From a virus (taxonomy: Duplodnaviria > Heunggongvirae > Uroviricota > Caudoviricetes): a stretch of DNA of 64,000 bases. The stretch lies in IMG/VR virus record IMGVR_UViG_3300047444_000299, positions 64,001 to 128,000 of that record; one strand, given 5' to 3'. Of this stretch, positions 7,275 to 14,862 are shown piece after piece. A program made the translations under genes and the position numbers. The notes under the pieces were generated by a model. It was not told the DNA's origin and did no database searches. It worked only from the letters and a program-made list of their open reading frames with translations. Every line of letters starts with the position of its first letter. Within the stretch, counting starts at the first letter, position 1.

Positions 7275-7865
7275 ATGAAAACAAAATTAGTACAAGGTTA
7301 TGGGATTTACACGAAAGGCGTCTACAAATCTGAGATAGATGGTGATGAGGCTACGGAATATGGAATATGGGCGAGTATGATCAAACGGTGCCGCCCAGAC
7401 GGCAATTTACAATTGAGACAACCTGCATATATAGGCTGCTCAGTTCACCCAGATTTTATCAATTTCCAATGGTTTGCCGAATGGTGCCAATCCCAGATTG
7501 GGTTTGGCCTAAAAGGTTGGGCAATGGATAAAGATATTTTGATCCAAGGTAACAAGGTTTATGGGCCTGATACATGCTGTTTTGTCCCCAGAGAATTGAA
7601 TTTGATGTTAACCCATAAGCGCAAAAATCAGGGCGCGTACCCAACCGGCGTTAGCTATCACAAACAGTCTGGGAAATACAGAACACAGATTCATACCGAC
7701 GGGAAGAATCTGTGTATCGGAAGCTTCAAAACCCCCGAAGAAGCTTCCGAAGCCTATAAGGTGGCGAAGCTGGCTGAAATCCACCGCCAAGCTGACATCT
7801 ATAAGGAACGGATTGACCCCCGCGTTTACGCCGCACTGAAAGCCTATAGATTCGATTCAAAATAA
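7275..7865 (+). mobile_element. free-standing HNH homing endonuclease with C-terminal AP2 domain
   Basis: W.SM..RC, F..F.EW, MDKDIL..GNKVYGPDTCCFVP..LN (HNH-like) then YPTGVSYHKQSGKYRTQI....K...IGSF.TPEEA..AY (AP2). Confidence 0.85.
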
Positions 7866-7879
7866 AAATGTGCATTCTG

Positions 7880-7908
7880 TTTAGGTAGACCGGAAACTGC
7901 GGTATGAT
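7880..7908 (+). promoter_or_regulatory. class 2 promoter
   Basis: TTCTG-TTTAGG-17-TATGAT; 23 bp identical to 18374-18396. Confidence 0.7.
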
Positions 7909-7956
7909 TCACCCATCGAAACAAAACAAATCAACCATCGTGAGAAATAAAGAAGC

Positions 7957-8634
7957 ATGAGCGCAATCAAACAACTGCAATCCCAAGCAAAACAAAACAC
8001 CTTTACCCCAGTTGTAGACCTGAGCATTCGCCATCTGTTGGCTAAAGCCCTGACCGATTCCGGCAAGTTCGAAGCCGTGAATTCCAAAGCAGATACCCGC
8101 CGTGGTTCCCTGTCGGTCAAGCTGCGCGGTTCCCGTATGGTCCGTAACGCCGAAACCATCGAAGCACTGGCCCGTAAAGCTGGCCTGACCGTTAAAGCGC
8201 GTCTGACCAGTTCCGATTTGGCAGAAGCTGGTTTCAAAATCGAACAACTGCAAATCACCAGCGATGTGAAAGCCCCGGCATCGACAACTGTTCAAACCAA
8301 CCAACTGGTAGCTGGTCTGACCAAATCTGCACCGGTTTACAACGGTTCTATTTCGGTTACTGTCGCCGGGGTATCGTGTGGTTATGTTTCTCAGGAAGCC
8401 GCTACCAAGATCAAGGCACTCATTGCCGAAGACCAGAAGCCGAAGATTCAAACTGTCACTATGGTGGACCTGAATACCAACGCCCCGGTGCATGTCATGA
8501 TGCCGAATGCGGTTGCCGAAGCTATCAAAGGCAAGGTTCCAAGCTTCAATTCCGGTGAATGGTCGGTCAAGTCCAGCTCTAGCATTGTGATCGTTCGCCA
8601 CACCAAAACTGGCGGTCATTGGGTTGTTATCTAA
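7957..8634 (+). CDS. hypothetical protein
   Basis: 225 aa with strong phage codon bias; own promoter and terminator (8658-8681). Confidence 0.75.
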   Translation: MSAIKQLQSQAKQNTFTPVVDLSIRHLLAKALTDSGKFEAVNSKADTRRGSLSVKLRGSRMVRNAETIEALARKAGLTVKARLTSSDLAEAGFKIEQLQITSDVKAPASTTVQTNQLVAGLTKSAPVYNGSISVTVAGVSCGYVSQEAATKIKALIAEDQKPKIQTVTMVDLNTNAPVHVMMPNAVAEAIKGKVPSFNSGEWSVKSSSSIVIVRHTKTGGHWVVI

Positions 8635-8690
8635 TCCCAATCTGTAATTGATTCAATAAGGGGGCGAAAGCCTCCTTTTTTTAAGGATAA

Positions 8691-9167
8691 ATGATGCAAT
8701 ACAAAACTGTTAAGGGCAACCTGTTTGATTATCTCAAACCGGGTGATGCAATGGTGCATGGTTGTAACAATCAAGGTGTAATGGGATCTGGTATCGCACT
8801 TGAGGTTAAAGAACGATTCCCCGGTGCCTATAGCACCTATCGAAACAAATACGACCTACACGGCCTAGAGCTGGGTGAAATCATACCATATTTTGATCGA
8901 TCCGGTAAAATCATCATCAACGCGGTGACCCAGAATTTCTATGGCAAAGACGGTAAACGGTATGTCAAATATGATGCTGTAGCCGATTGCTGTTACCACA
9001 TCCGCGAAGGCTTCAAAGTCATGCTAGAACCACCAAAAACCCTGTACTTCCCATTGATTGGGGCCGGGTTAGGTGGTGGTAACTGGAATGTCATATCCGA
9101 AATCATCAAATCAGAATTTGATGGTATGACCGGTACGGAATTGGTTTTGGTTCTGAAAGATGCTTGA
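8691..9167 (+). CDS. macrodomain (ADP-ribose binding/hydrolase) protein, T4 tk.4-like
   Basis: KGNLF, VHGCN..GVMGSGIA..VK.RFP, IINA.TQ, FPLIGAGLGGGNW. Confidence 0.9.
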   Translation: MMQYKTVKGNLFDYLKPGDAMVHGCNNQGVMGSGIALEVKERFPGAYSTYRNKYDLHGLELGEIIPYFDRSGKIIINAVTQNFYGKDGKRYVKYDAVADCCYHIREGFKVMLEPPKTLYFPLIGAGLGGGNWNVISEIIKSEFDGMTGTELVLVLKDA

Positions 9168-9426
9168 CCAACTGAAACGCCTGCAAGAAATCAATGCGGA
9201 GCTAACAGAATTGGTCAAAAGTATGCTGACCGATATCAAGGAATTGCAGGATCAAACCGGCATTACCTTCGACCGATGGAGAGAAACCAGAAAAGAACAA
9301 AATCTGCTTTACATCCGTGACAGAATTGAATATCATCGTTCGCATGGTGAGGGGATGATGGGTGCCAAGGTACTGGCAGTCAAAGACCTTCGCGAACTAC
9401 ATCAACGGGAATTTCGAAACTCATGA
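9160..9426 (+). CDS. hypothetical protein
   Basis: 88 aa, overlaps both neighbours. Confidence 0.65.
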   Translation: MLDQLKRLQEINAELTELVKSMLTDIKELQDQTGITFDRWRETRKEQNLLYIRDRIEYHRSHGEGMMGAKVLAVKDLRELHQREFRNS

Positions 9427-10433
9427 AAAAGACATTGATCGCTGTTTTGATTGCTTCTGTATTCACTACTGGTCTGACCGGTTGCGGTAAGAGCGATAAA
9501 GAACTGAAAATGGAAGCCGATGCTGCGGCCTATCAACAGGCTCAAGCCGAAGCCGTGAAACAGCAACAGCTTGAGTTGGAAGCCCAACAAGCGGCATCGG
9601 CTCAGCAAGCCCAAGACACCCAAGAATTGGCAGATGTAGTTGCCGAACTGAAAAAGGGTGATCCACTCGTTAAAGATGCCTATTACGGCTATAACGAAAA
9701 GGGTGATCGGGTGTTGCATGTGATTCGTGACAACCCACCACAGCAACAACCTCAGACCGGTTATGGTCAACCTCAATACCAGAATGCATCTGGTCAACCG
9801 GTGATCATCAACAACCAACCGGCTCAGCAAGCCTCTAGCGGCGTGTCTGAATCGATTTGGCCGCTGGCCGCTGGTGTTGGGGCGGGTATGTTGCTGGCGC
9901 ACGCTATGAACAGCGGTGGGGGCTATAACAGCTATTCCAGCTATCACCAGCCGTACAGTTCCCGCAATTGGAACAGCGACAACGATTATCGCCGTGAACG
10001 CACTACGGTTGTGAACAACTATCACACCACCACAATCAACAACACCCGGACTGCCTACCGCAATCCGAATGGTCCTGTTGCGCAGAAAATGGCGGCTCAG
10101 GGGTTCCAACCGGTTAAACAAGCCCCGGCTGCACCCGGCTTTGCTCAAACTAAACAACTGGCGAGCCCTACCACACTGGCAAAACCTGTACAACCTGCAC
10201 AGCAACCGGTGGCAAAACCTTTGACCAATCCACAGGTTAATTCCTATTGGAGTCAACCGAAACCAGAACCGGTTAAACCAGCAGCTCCAAGCAATTCGTA
10301 CTGGGGTTCTACCGCGAAGGCTTCACCGTCTCCAGCAGCGGCTAAGACCACCGGTTATAGTTCTGGTTCGAGTTACAAGCCATCAGCTAGTCCGGCTCGG
10401 ACTTTCACAGCCAGCCCTGCACGTCGCCGTTAA
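9423..10433 (+). CDS. putative lipoprotein with disordered Q/P/S-rich tail
   Basis: Signal peptide MKKTLIAVLIASVFTTGLTGC with lipobox; internal hydrophobic IWPLAAGVGAGMLLAHAM. Confidence 0.8.
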   Translation: MKKTLIAVLIASVFTTGLTGCGKSDKELKMEADAAAYQQAQAEAVKQQQLELEAQQAASAQQAQDTQELADVVAELKKGDPLVKDAYYGYNEKGDRVLHVIRDNPPQQQPQTGYGQPQYQNASGQPVIINNQPAQQASSGVSESIWPLAAGVGAGMLLAHAMNSGGGYNSYSSYHQPYSSRNWNSDNDYRRERTTVVNNYHTTTINNTRTAYRNPNGPVAQKMAAQGFQPVKQAPAAPGFAQTKQLASPTTLAKPVQPAQQPVAKPLTNPQVNSYWSQPKPEPVKPAAPSNSYWGSTAKASPSPAAAKTTGYSSGSSYKPSASPARTFTASPARRR

Positions 10434-10447
10434 TTAGGAAAATAGTA

Positions 10448-10909
10448 ATGAAAGTAACATCAAAGCAAGTTAAAGATCATCGTGACATGTTGTTGAACAA
10501 ACTTCGCGACTATGTTCCACAAACCTTTTCCGAGAAGTTTGGTCATGTTGCGTTTGGTTACGGGTTCTTTGCCCTGTTCCCGCTGATGTCCACCCAGTAT
10601 CCAAGTGCGATGTTTCTGGCTAATGTTAGTCTAGGTCTGTTGATGTTTATCCAGTTGTGTGCATTGTGTGTCATGACGTTCACGTTGCAGTTCATGCGAC
10701 AAATGCCGAACGATGTTCGCAAGATGCAATACACCCTGTTGGGTGATGAAAAACACCGGATTCTCAATCTGATCTTTGGCCCGCTGTTGGTGTACACCCT
10801 GTTTGCATGTGGGTTCCCGGTATTTGCCGCCATCATCGGTATATTCTCGGTTAGTCTGTTTGTTGTAAACAGCAAGTACCGTAATCTGTGTAATGTAGGG
10901 ACTGTGTAA
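10448..10909 (+). CDS. hypothetical multi-pass membrane protein
   Basis: About four hydrophobic segments. Confidence 0.7.
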   Translation: MKVTSKQVKDHRDMLLNKLRDYVPQTFSEKFGHVAFGYGFFALFPLMSTQYPSAMFLANVSLGLLMFIQLCALCVMTFTLQFMRQMPNDVRKMQYTLLGDEKHRILNLIFGPLLVYTLFACGFPVFAAIIGIFSVSLFVVNSKYRNLCNVGTV

Positions 10910-11124
10910 TGCACGGTTTATATAAAATTAAGGTGGTTAACGTGCAAAGTATGAACTTGGTGACTGAGTACCATGCTTGCACCCACCCGGCGAAGGGGGA
11001 TTCCCTAGCCATGCCTGATGGTACGGTGTACCGGGTCGATTCTGTTGTACATATGATGAAAAACGACAATAACGGCTCACAGCGTTATATCGGCTTTAGT
11101 CATGTATTACTGACAGTCTTTTAA
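10909..11124 (+). CDS. hypothetical protein
   Basis: TAATG-coupled ORF. Confidence 0.6.
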   Translation: MHGLYKIKVVNVQSMNLVTEYHACTHPAKGDSLAMPDGTVYRVDSVVHMMKNDNNGSQRYIGFSHVLLTVF

Positions 11125-11330
11125 TGATCGAATTCACACCAAACGAAGTACGTCGGATGGCTAAAAACCCCGACGTACTTCGAGCCGTAGCTAACGACCA
11201 TGATTATTGTGGTTTGGAAGCTGATGCATGTGACCCTGTGCTGTATGCCGGGGCGATTAAGTTTCACACAACCCGTTCGCTTGAATTAAATACCGAAGCC
11301 GACCGACTGGATGAACAGTATGGGTGTTAA
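11124..11330 (+). CDS. hypothetical protein
   Basis: TAATG-coupled ORF. Confidence 0.6.
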   Translation: MIEFTPNEVRRMAKNPDVLRAVANDHDYCGLEADACDPVLYAGAIKFHTTRSLELNTEADRLDEQYGC

Positions 11331-11538
11331 ACTAACCAATACCACCAGAGTACAGGTGATGGTCGAAATTTGCGGTATGAGCAACTGGGCAATGGAAGCG
11401 ACTTTGGAATCAGTCCACAAACAAGCCAAACAGGAAGCATTGGGTAGACTTACCAAAGCCCTGTCTGCTCATGATGTACGAATCATCGGTGACATGCGAG
11501 TTCTACACATCGTTTCCGAATCCGACCCAATTAAATAA
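11311..11538 (+). CDS. hypothetical protein
   Basis: Overlapping ORF in the operon. Confidence 0.6.
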   Translation: MNSMGVKLTNTTRVQVMVEICGMSNWAMEATLESVHKQAKQEALGRLTKALSAHDVRIIGDMRVLHIVSESDPIK

Positions 11539-11547
11539 AGGTGATGT

Positions 11548-11805
11548 ATGGACCCAAAATTGATTCTCGCTGACGCAGAAGTAGTCCGACCGAATCCGGT
11601 TGTTATCGGTGGTGGCAATGGTAAGTCAACGCCTTCAATGGCAATGATCGCGGCATTGTTAGGCCAGACCTTCCAACCCGAAAACCACTCAAAACAATAC
11701 CAACCGAAAAACTTACTTTCGATTGACTATGACGCCAAACTGTCGGCAGCAGAAGCCAAGCGATTAAAGCGACAACAACGAAACATCAAAAACGCCTCGG
11801 TATAA
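11548..11805 (+). CDS. hypothetical protein
   Basis: AAGGTG RBS; basic C-terminus; followed by a hairpin and T tract. Confidence 0.65.
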   Translation: MDPKLILADAEVVRPNPVVIGGGNGKSTPSMAMIAALLGQTFQPENHSKQYQPKNLLSIDYDAKLSAAEAKRLKRQQRNIKNASV

Positions 11806-11832
11806 CCGGGGCTTTTTATTTGAGATTAGATT

Positions 11833-12606
11833 ATGCCAAGACCTAAAAATACCGAAAAACCAACCGGATTGTTAGCTGGGTTGCGGATTGTTGACCTAGA
11901 ACCCCCGGTTAAACGTGGTAGAGGACGCCCGAAGGGTGGAACTAACCAAAAACGGGTTAGACGATCCGAAATCCAAATAGCATTGGATGAAATTGGTAAG
12001 AAAGAACCTAATATCACCCAAGCGCTAATTGATACAATCGCTCAGTTCCAGACTGATAATGAACGACTGCGATTCCTAACCAACGAATACGCCCGATCTT
12101 TTGCCGAACGGAGACAATCCACCCGGCTATTAACTAATGCGATCCAACAAATGGCCGAACAGAAAGCACCATCCAAATCAGATAAAATCGGAATCCATAT
12201 TTTCATCCCGGTTGATTTGCATCATGAATTCCAGAACATTCTAGAAGACACCCCGCTTAACCGTAATGAAATCCTGACCAATTTGATTTTGAATTACATC
12301 AAAGCCCACAAAGGATTCTCAAAGACCATCCTACAGGACATTAGCGGCGATTTGGGGCGATTGGAGAAGCAAGAGTACCGGAACACCAAGATTGCAGCGG
12401 AAATGCTTGAGAACGCACCATACGACGCCGTGCGAACCGGTGGTAGTGGGAACGTAGCTAGGAAAGGGATTTTAGAAGAAAGTACAGCAGACGAGGAATA
12501 CGCTAGAAAGGTTGACCAGCCGTATACAGAGGAAGGTGTGACCAAGGCGATGAAGAAATCGAAAGGTCCGACCGTTGATATGTCGGAATTGTTCAAAAAA
12601 GACTAA
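11833..12606 (+). CDS. putative DNA-binding protein (AT-hook plus ribbon-helix-helix-like segment)
   Basis: KRGRGRPKGG AT-hook; IGIHIFIPVDLHHEFQNILEDTPLNRNEILTNLILNYIK. Confidence 0.6.
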   Translation: MPRPKNTEKPTGLLAGLRIVDLEPPVKRGRGRPKGGTNQKRVRRSEIQIALDEIGKKEPNITQALIDTIAQFQTDNERLRFLTNEYARSFAERRQSTRLLTNAIQQMAEQKAPSKSDKIGIHIFIPVDLHHEFQNILEDTPLNRNEILTNLILNYIKAHKGFSKTILQDISGDLGRLEKQEYRNTKIAAEMLENAPYDAVRTGGSGNVARKGILEESTADEEYARKVDQPYTEEGVTKAMKKSKGPTVDMSELFKKD

Positions 12607-12607
12607 T

Positions 12608-12635
12608 AAAAAAGGGAGCCAATGGCTCCCTTTTT
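12608..12635. terminator. bidirectional rho-independent terminator
   Basis: A6-GGGAGCC-AAT-GGCTCCC-T5 between convergent genes. Confidence 0.9.
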
Positions 12636-12643
12636 GTTTTCCA

Positions 12644-12940
12644 TCAATTGATGTTACACACAACCCCGACCAGATCATTCAGAGCCAACGGTTTTGGTGT
12701 AGGAGGTGGATACAATTTATCCAATTCTCTTTTTACCAATGTACCGATTGAAATCTGTAGCATCGAGGCGGTTGCAGCAGCGGACGGTGTAATTGTTTCC
12801 ATGTAATATGTACGCTGGATGGTATAGGGTTCTACATCCATCAGAGTAATATCAATGGCATGGGGATCGACGTTGATATCAACGGTTACAGTCCCCAAAT
12901 CAAAGTTAACACCGGTTACTTTAAATGTATTCATTTCCAA
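12644..12940 (-). CDS. hypothetical protein, last gene of the gp38 operon
   Basis: 98 aa, overlaps the upstream gene by 10 bp. Confidence 0.65.
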   Translation of the reverse strand: MEMNTFKVTGVNFDLGTVTVDINVDPHAIDITLMDVEPYTIQRTYYMETITPSAAATASMLQISIGTLVKRELDKLYPPPTPKPLALNDLVGVVCNIN

Positions 12941-13896
12941 ACAGTTTCCCAGTTTTCATTAACAAGCAGAATATTCTGTAGAATGTTCTTTGTATCAGCG
13001 GAATATTCTTGTAAAGACGCAGATTTAGTTTTACTCGGCCATACCGGTTCAAACTTGATAATGTCTATAATCAATTCTTTGTATTGATATTTATAGAGGT
13101 CGATTCCGATTCCAGCCTTTTGACTGGCATCCTGTTGCGCCCAACCTTCAAAATCTCGGGTATTGAAGAATGATACAAACCCCTTACCCGGTGATCCTAA
13201 GCCCAATTTGATTGGGAAATTCATTTCATCCCGATCCCATAGGCAAGAAAAGTCCAACCACCATGCTAAATTGGGCGCATTCATTGCCACCGGCATTAGA
13301 TCGGTTAGGGGTCTGATTTTCTTCAATTGAACTTCTACCCATAGATCAGATTGCCCGGTAAACTTGACCATCAAATCATGTGGGGTCATATCCCAGATAT
13401 CGGTGTAAATCGCCGGATCATCCATATCATCTAAAATTTCACCGATTAAGATAGAATCCGCGTGCGTCCCAGTAACCACCATCCCACCCCTAGCAGTTAC
13501 TGCTTTCATTGCATCAATCGATAATTCTTCGAATGTTGAAAACTGTTTCAACCATTCTACCACTTTTGGGTCACAGGCTTCATCAACTTGAGCTGAATGA
13601 CTGATTGTAATCTTGTGGCGTGGTTGTGCCAAACTGCATAGGTATGCAGCAAGTAGGGTTGAATCAATACCACCGGAAAACATGATATAGATTTCATCAT
13701 ATTTTGCCAGAATTTCGGTTGCTCTATTGAAACATGCTTGTTTTAAACTAATCGATGATGGCGGCGCAATTGGGGTACTAATACCGGAATATAGCTTACC
13801 CGCTCTTGGGATAGCAAATTCATTCATGGTAACTTGCGTGAGTGCCATTCGAAAATGGTCACCGGAACGCCATCTGCTATGGTATCTGTATGTCAT
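12931..13896 (-). CDS. asparagine-synthetase-like adenine nucleotide alpha-hydrolase (PP-loop), no glutaminase domain
   Basis: IMFSGGIDSTLL PP-loop; VVTGTHADSIL equivalent to AsnB SGEGADELF. Confidence 0.75.
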   Translation of the reverse strand: MTYRYHSRWRSGDHFRMALTQVTMNEFAIPRAGKLYSGISTPIAPPSSISLKQACFNRATEILAKYDEIYIMFSGGIDSTLLAAYLCSLAQPRHKITISHSAQVDEACDPKVVEWLKQFSTFEELSIDAMKAVTARGGMVVTGTHADSILIGEILDDMDDPAIYTDIWDMTPHDLMVKFTGQSDLWVEVQLKKIRPLTDLMPVAMNAPNLAWWLDFSCLWDRDEMNFPIKLGLGSPGKGFVSFFNTRDFEGWAQQDASQKAGIGIDLYKYQYKELIIDIIKFEPVWPSKTKSASLQEYSADTKNILQNILLVNENWETVWK

Positions 13897-13928
13897 TTAT
13901 ATATTCTCATTGTTCATGGTTGGTGGTA

Positions 13929-14789
13929 TCAACCCACCAACCCAGAATAGTTGCCGGTGTTACCGATGTAACTATTTACGTTACCCCAGCCGAGGTATGC
14001 ATATCCGGCAGTTCCACCGGGACCACCGGGCCAAGCACCGGAACATTGGCTACCCTGTCCACCACCGCCACCATCGGAGCCCGCAACACCCCACCAACCA
14101 CCCCAACCACCAGTCCCACCGTAACCATCCCCACCGGAGTTAGTTCCAGATCCACCAGCGGATTGGTAGCCACCGTATCCCATCCCGTTACCGCCACCCC
14201 CACCCCATCCCCATGAACATGATGGGTTATTAGAGGTTCCTGTTTGAACCACTCCACCACCGCCTCCACCACCGCCTCCACCACCGCCATAAACCCATCC
14301 ACCGTTTATATACAATGTGATAGATCCACCGACAATGTTGTTAGTGAATTGAAGTGCATAACCACCGGCAGTACCGGGCGAGCCCCAACCCTGATAACCA
14401 CCGGCACCGCCGATACCACCATAGGCTTGGATAGTTCCGCGAAGTTCGATTGTAAGTTGGGTATAATTAGGCCAGAACCCAACAATACACGCTGGTGTAC
14501 CAGCATTATAAGAATAGAAGTTACCAATCAAGATTAGATAGACTTTAGGTTGTCCTGCATAACCATTGGCGTTGGCTATATTACGAAGGTTACCGTTTTG
14601 TATACCACTGACGGTTAATGTAAATGTGTTTGATTTGCTACGAAGGTTTGCCATCGAAATCTGACCGGACGATATTTGTGCCAGAGTCCGAACCGCACTA
14701 AGGTTTAACGACGTGTTGGCACGGTTATACGCAGCGCCCAATTCGACGTTGACATCAGACATCGCAATTTGACCAGCAGGTGTAGTCAT
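13929..14789 (-). CDS. 38: tail fibre adhesin, T2/S16-type gp38
   Basis: N-terminal attachment motif ISMSDVN.ELG...SL..SAVRTLA...SG.ISM..LR.KS; poly-Gly repeats (GGWVYGGGGGGGGGG, GGYGGTGGWGGWWG); directly follows a fibre with S74 chaperone. Confidence 0.8.
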   Translation of the reverse strand: MTTPAGQIAMSDVNVELGAAYNRANTSLNLSAVRTLAQISSGQISMANLRSKSNTFTLTVSGIQNGNLRNIANANGYAGQPKVYLILIGNFYSYNAGTPACIVGFWPNYTQLTIELRGTIQAYGGIGGAGGYQGWGSPGTAGGYALQFTNNIVGGSITLYINGGWVYGGGGGGGGGGGGVVQTGTSNNPSCSWGWGGGGGNGMGYGGYQSAGGSGTNSGGDGYGGTGGWGGWWGVAGSDGGGGGQGSQCSGAWPGGPGGTAGYAYLGWGNVNSYIGNTGNYSGLVG

Positions 14790-14821
14790 GATTGTTACTC
14801 AATAAGGTGAATATTATATAG

Positions 14822-14829
14822 TATTTATC
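14822..14829 (-). promoter_or_regulatory. T4-type late promoter
   Basis: GATAAATA upstream of gp38, just after terminator 14834-14856. Confidence 0.6.
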
Positions 14830-14862
14830 AAATAAAAAAGGGGCCGAATGGCCCCTTATAAG

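Noticed and set aside
7235-7908. Class-2 motif as a T4 MotA box
   Set aside because: The sequence TTCTGTTTAG lacks the TGCTT core and sits at the -35 position; no motA or asiA recognised in this window
7909-8640. 243-aa minus-strand ORF
   Set aside because: Antisense shadow of the codon-biased plus-strand gene 7957-8634; no motifs
9402-10256. 284-aa minus-strand ORF
   Set aside because: Antisense shadow of the low-complexity lipoprotein gene
13929-14789. Diversity-generating retroelement or invertible cassette at the adhesin
   Set aside because: No second template copy, reverse transcriptase, invertase or flanking inverted repeats in the window; the repeats are poly-Gly codons
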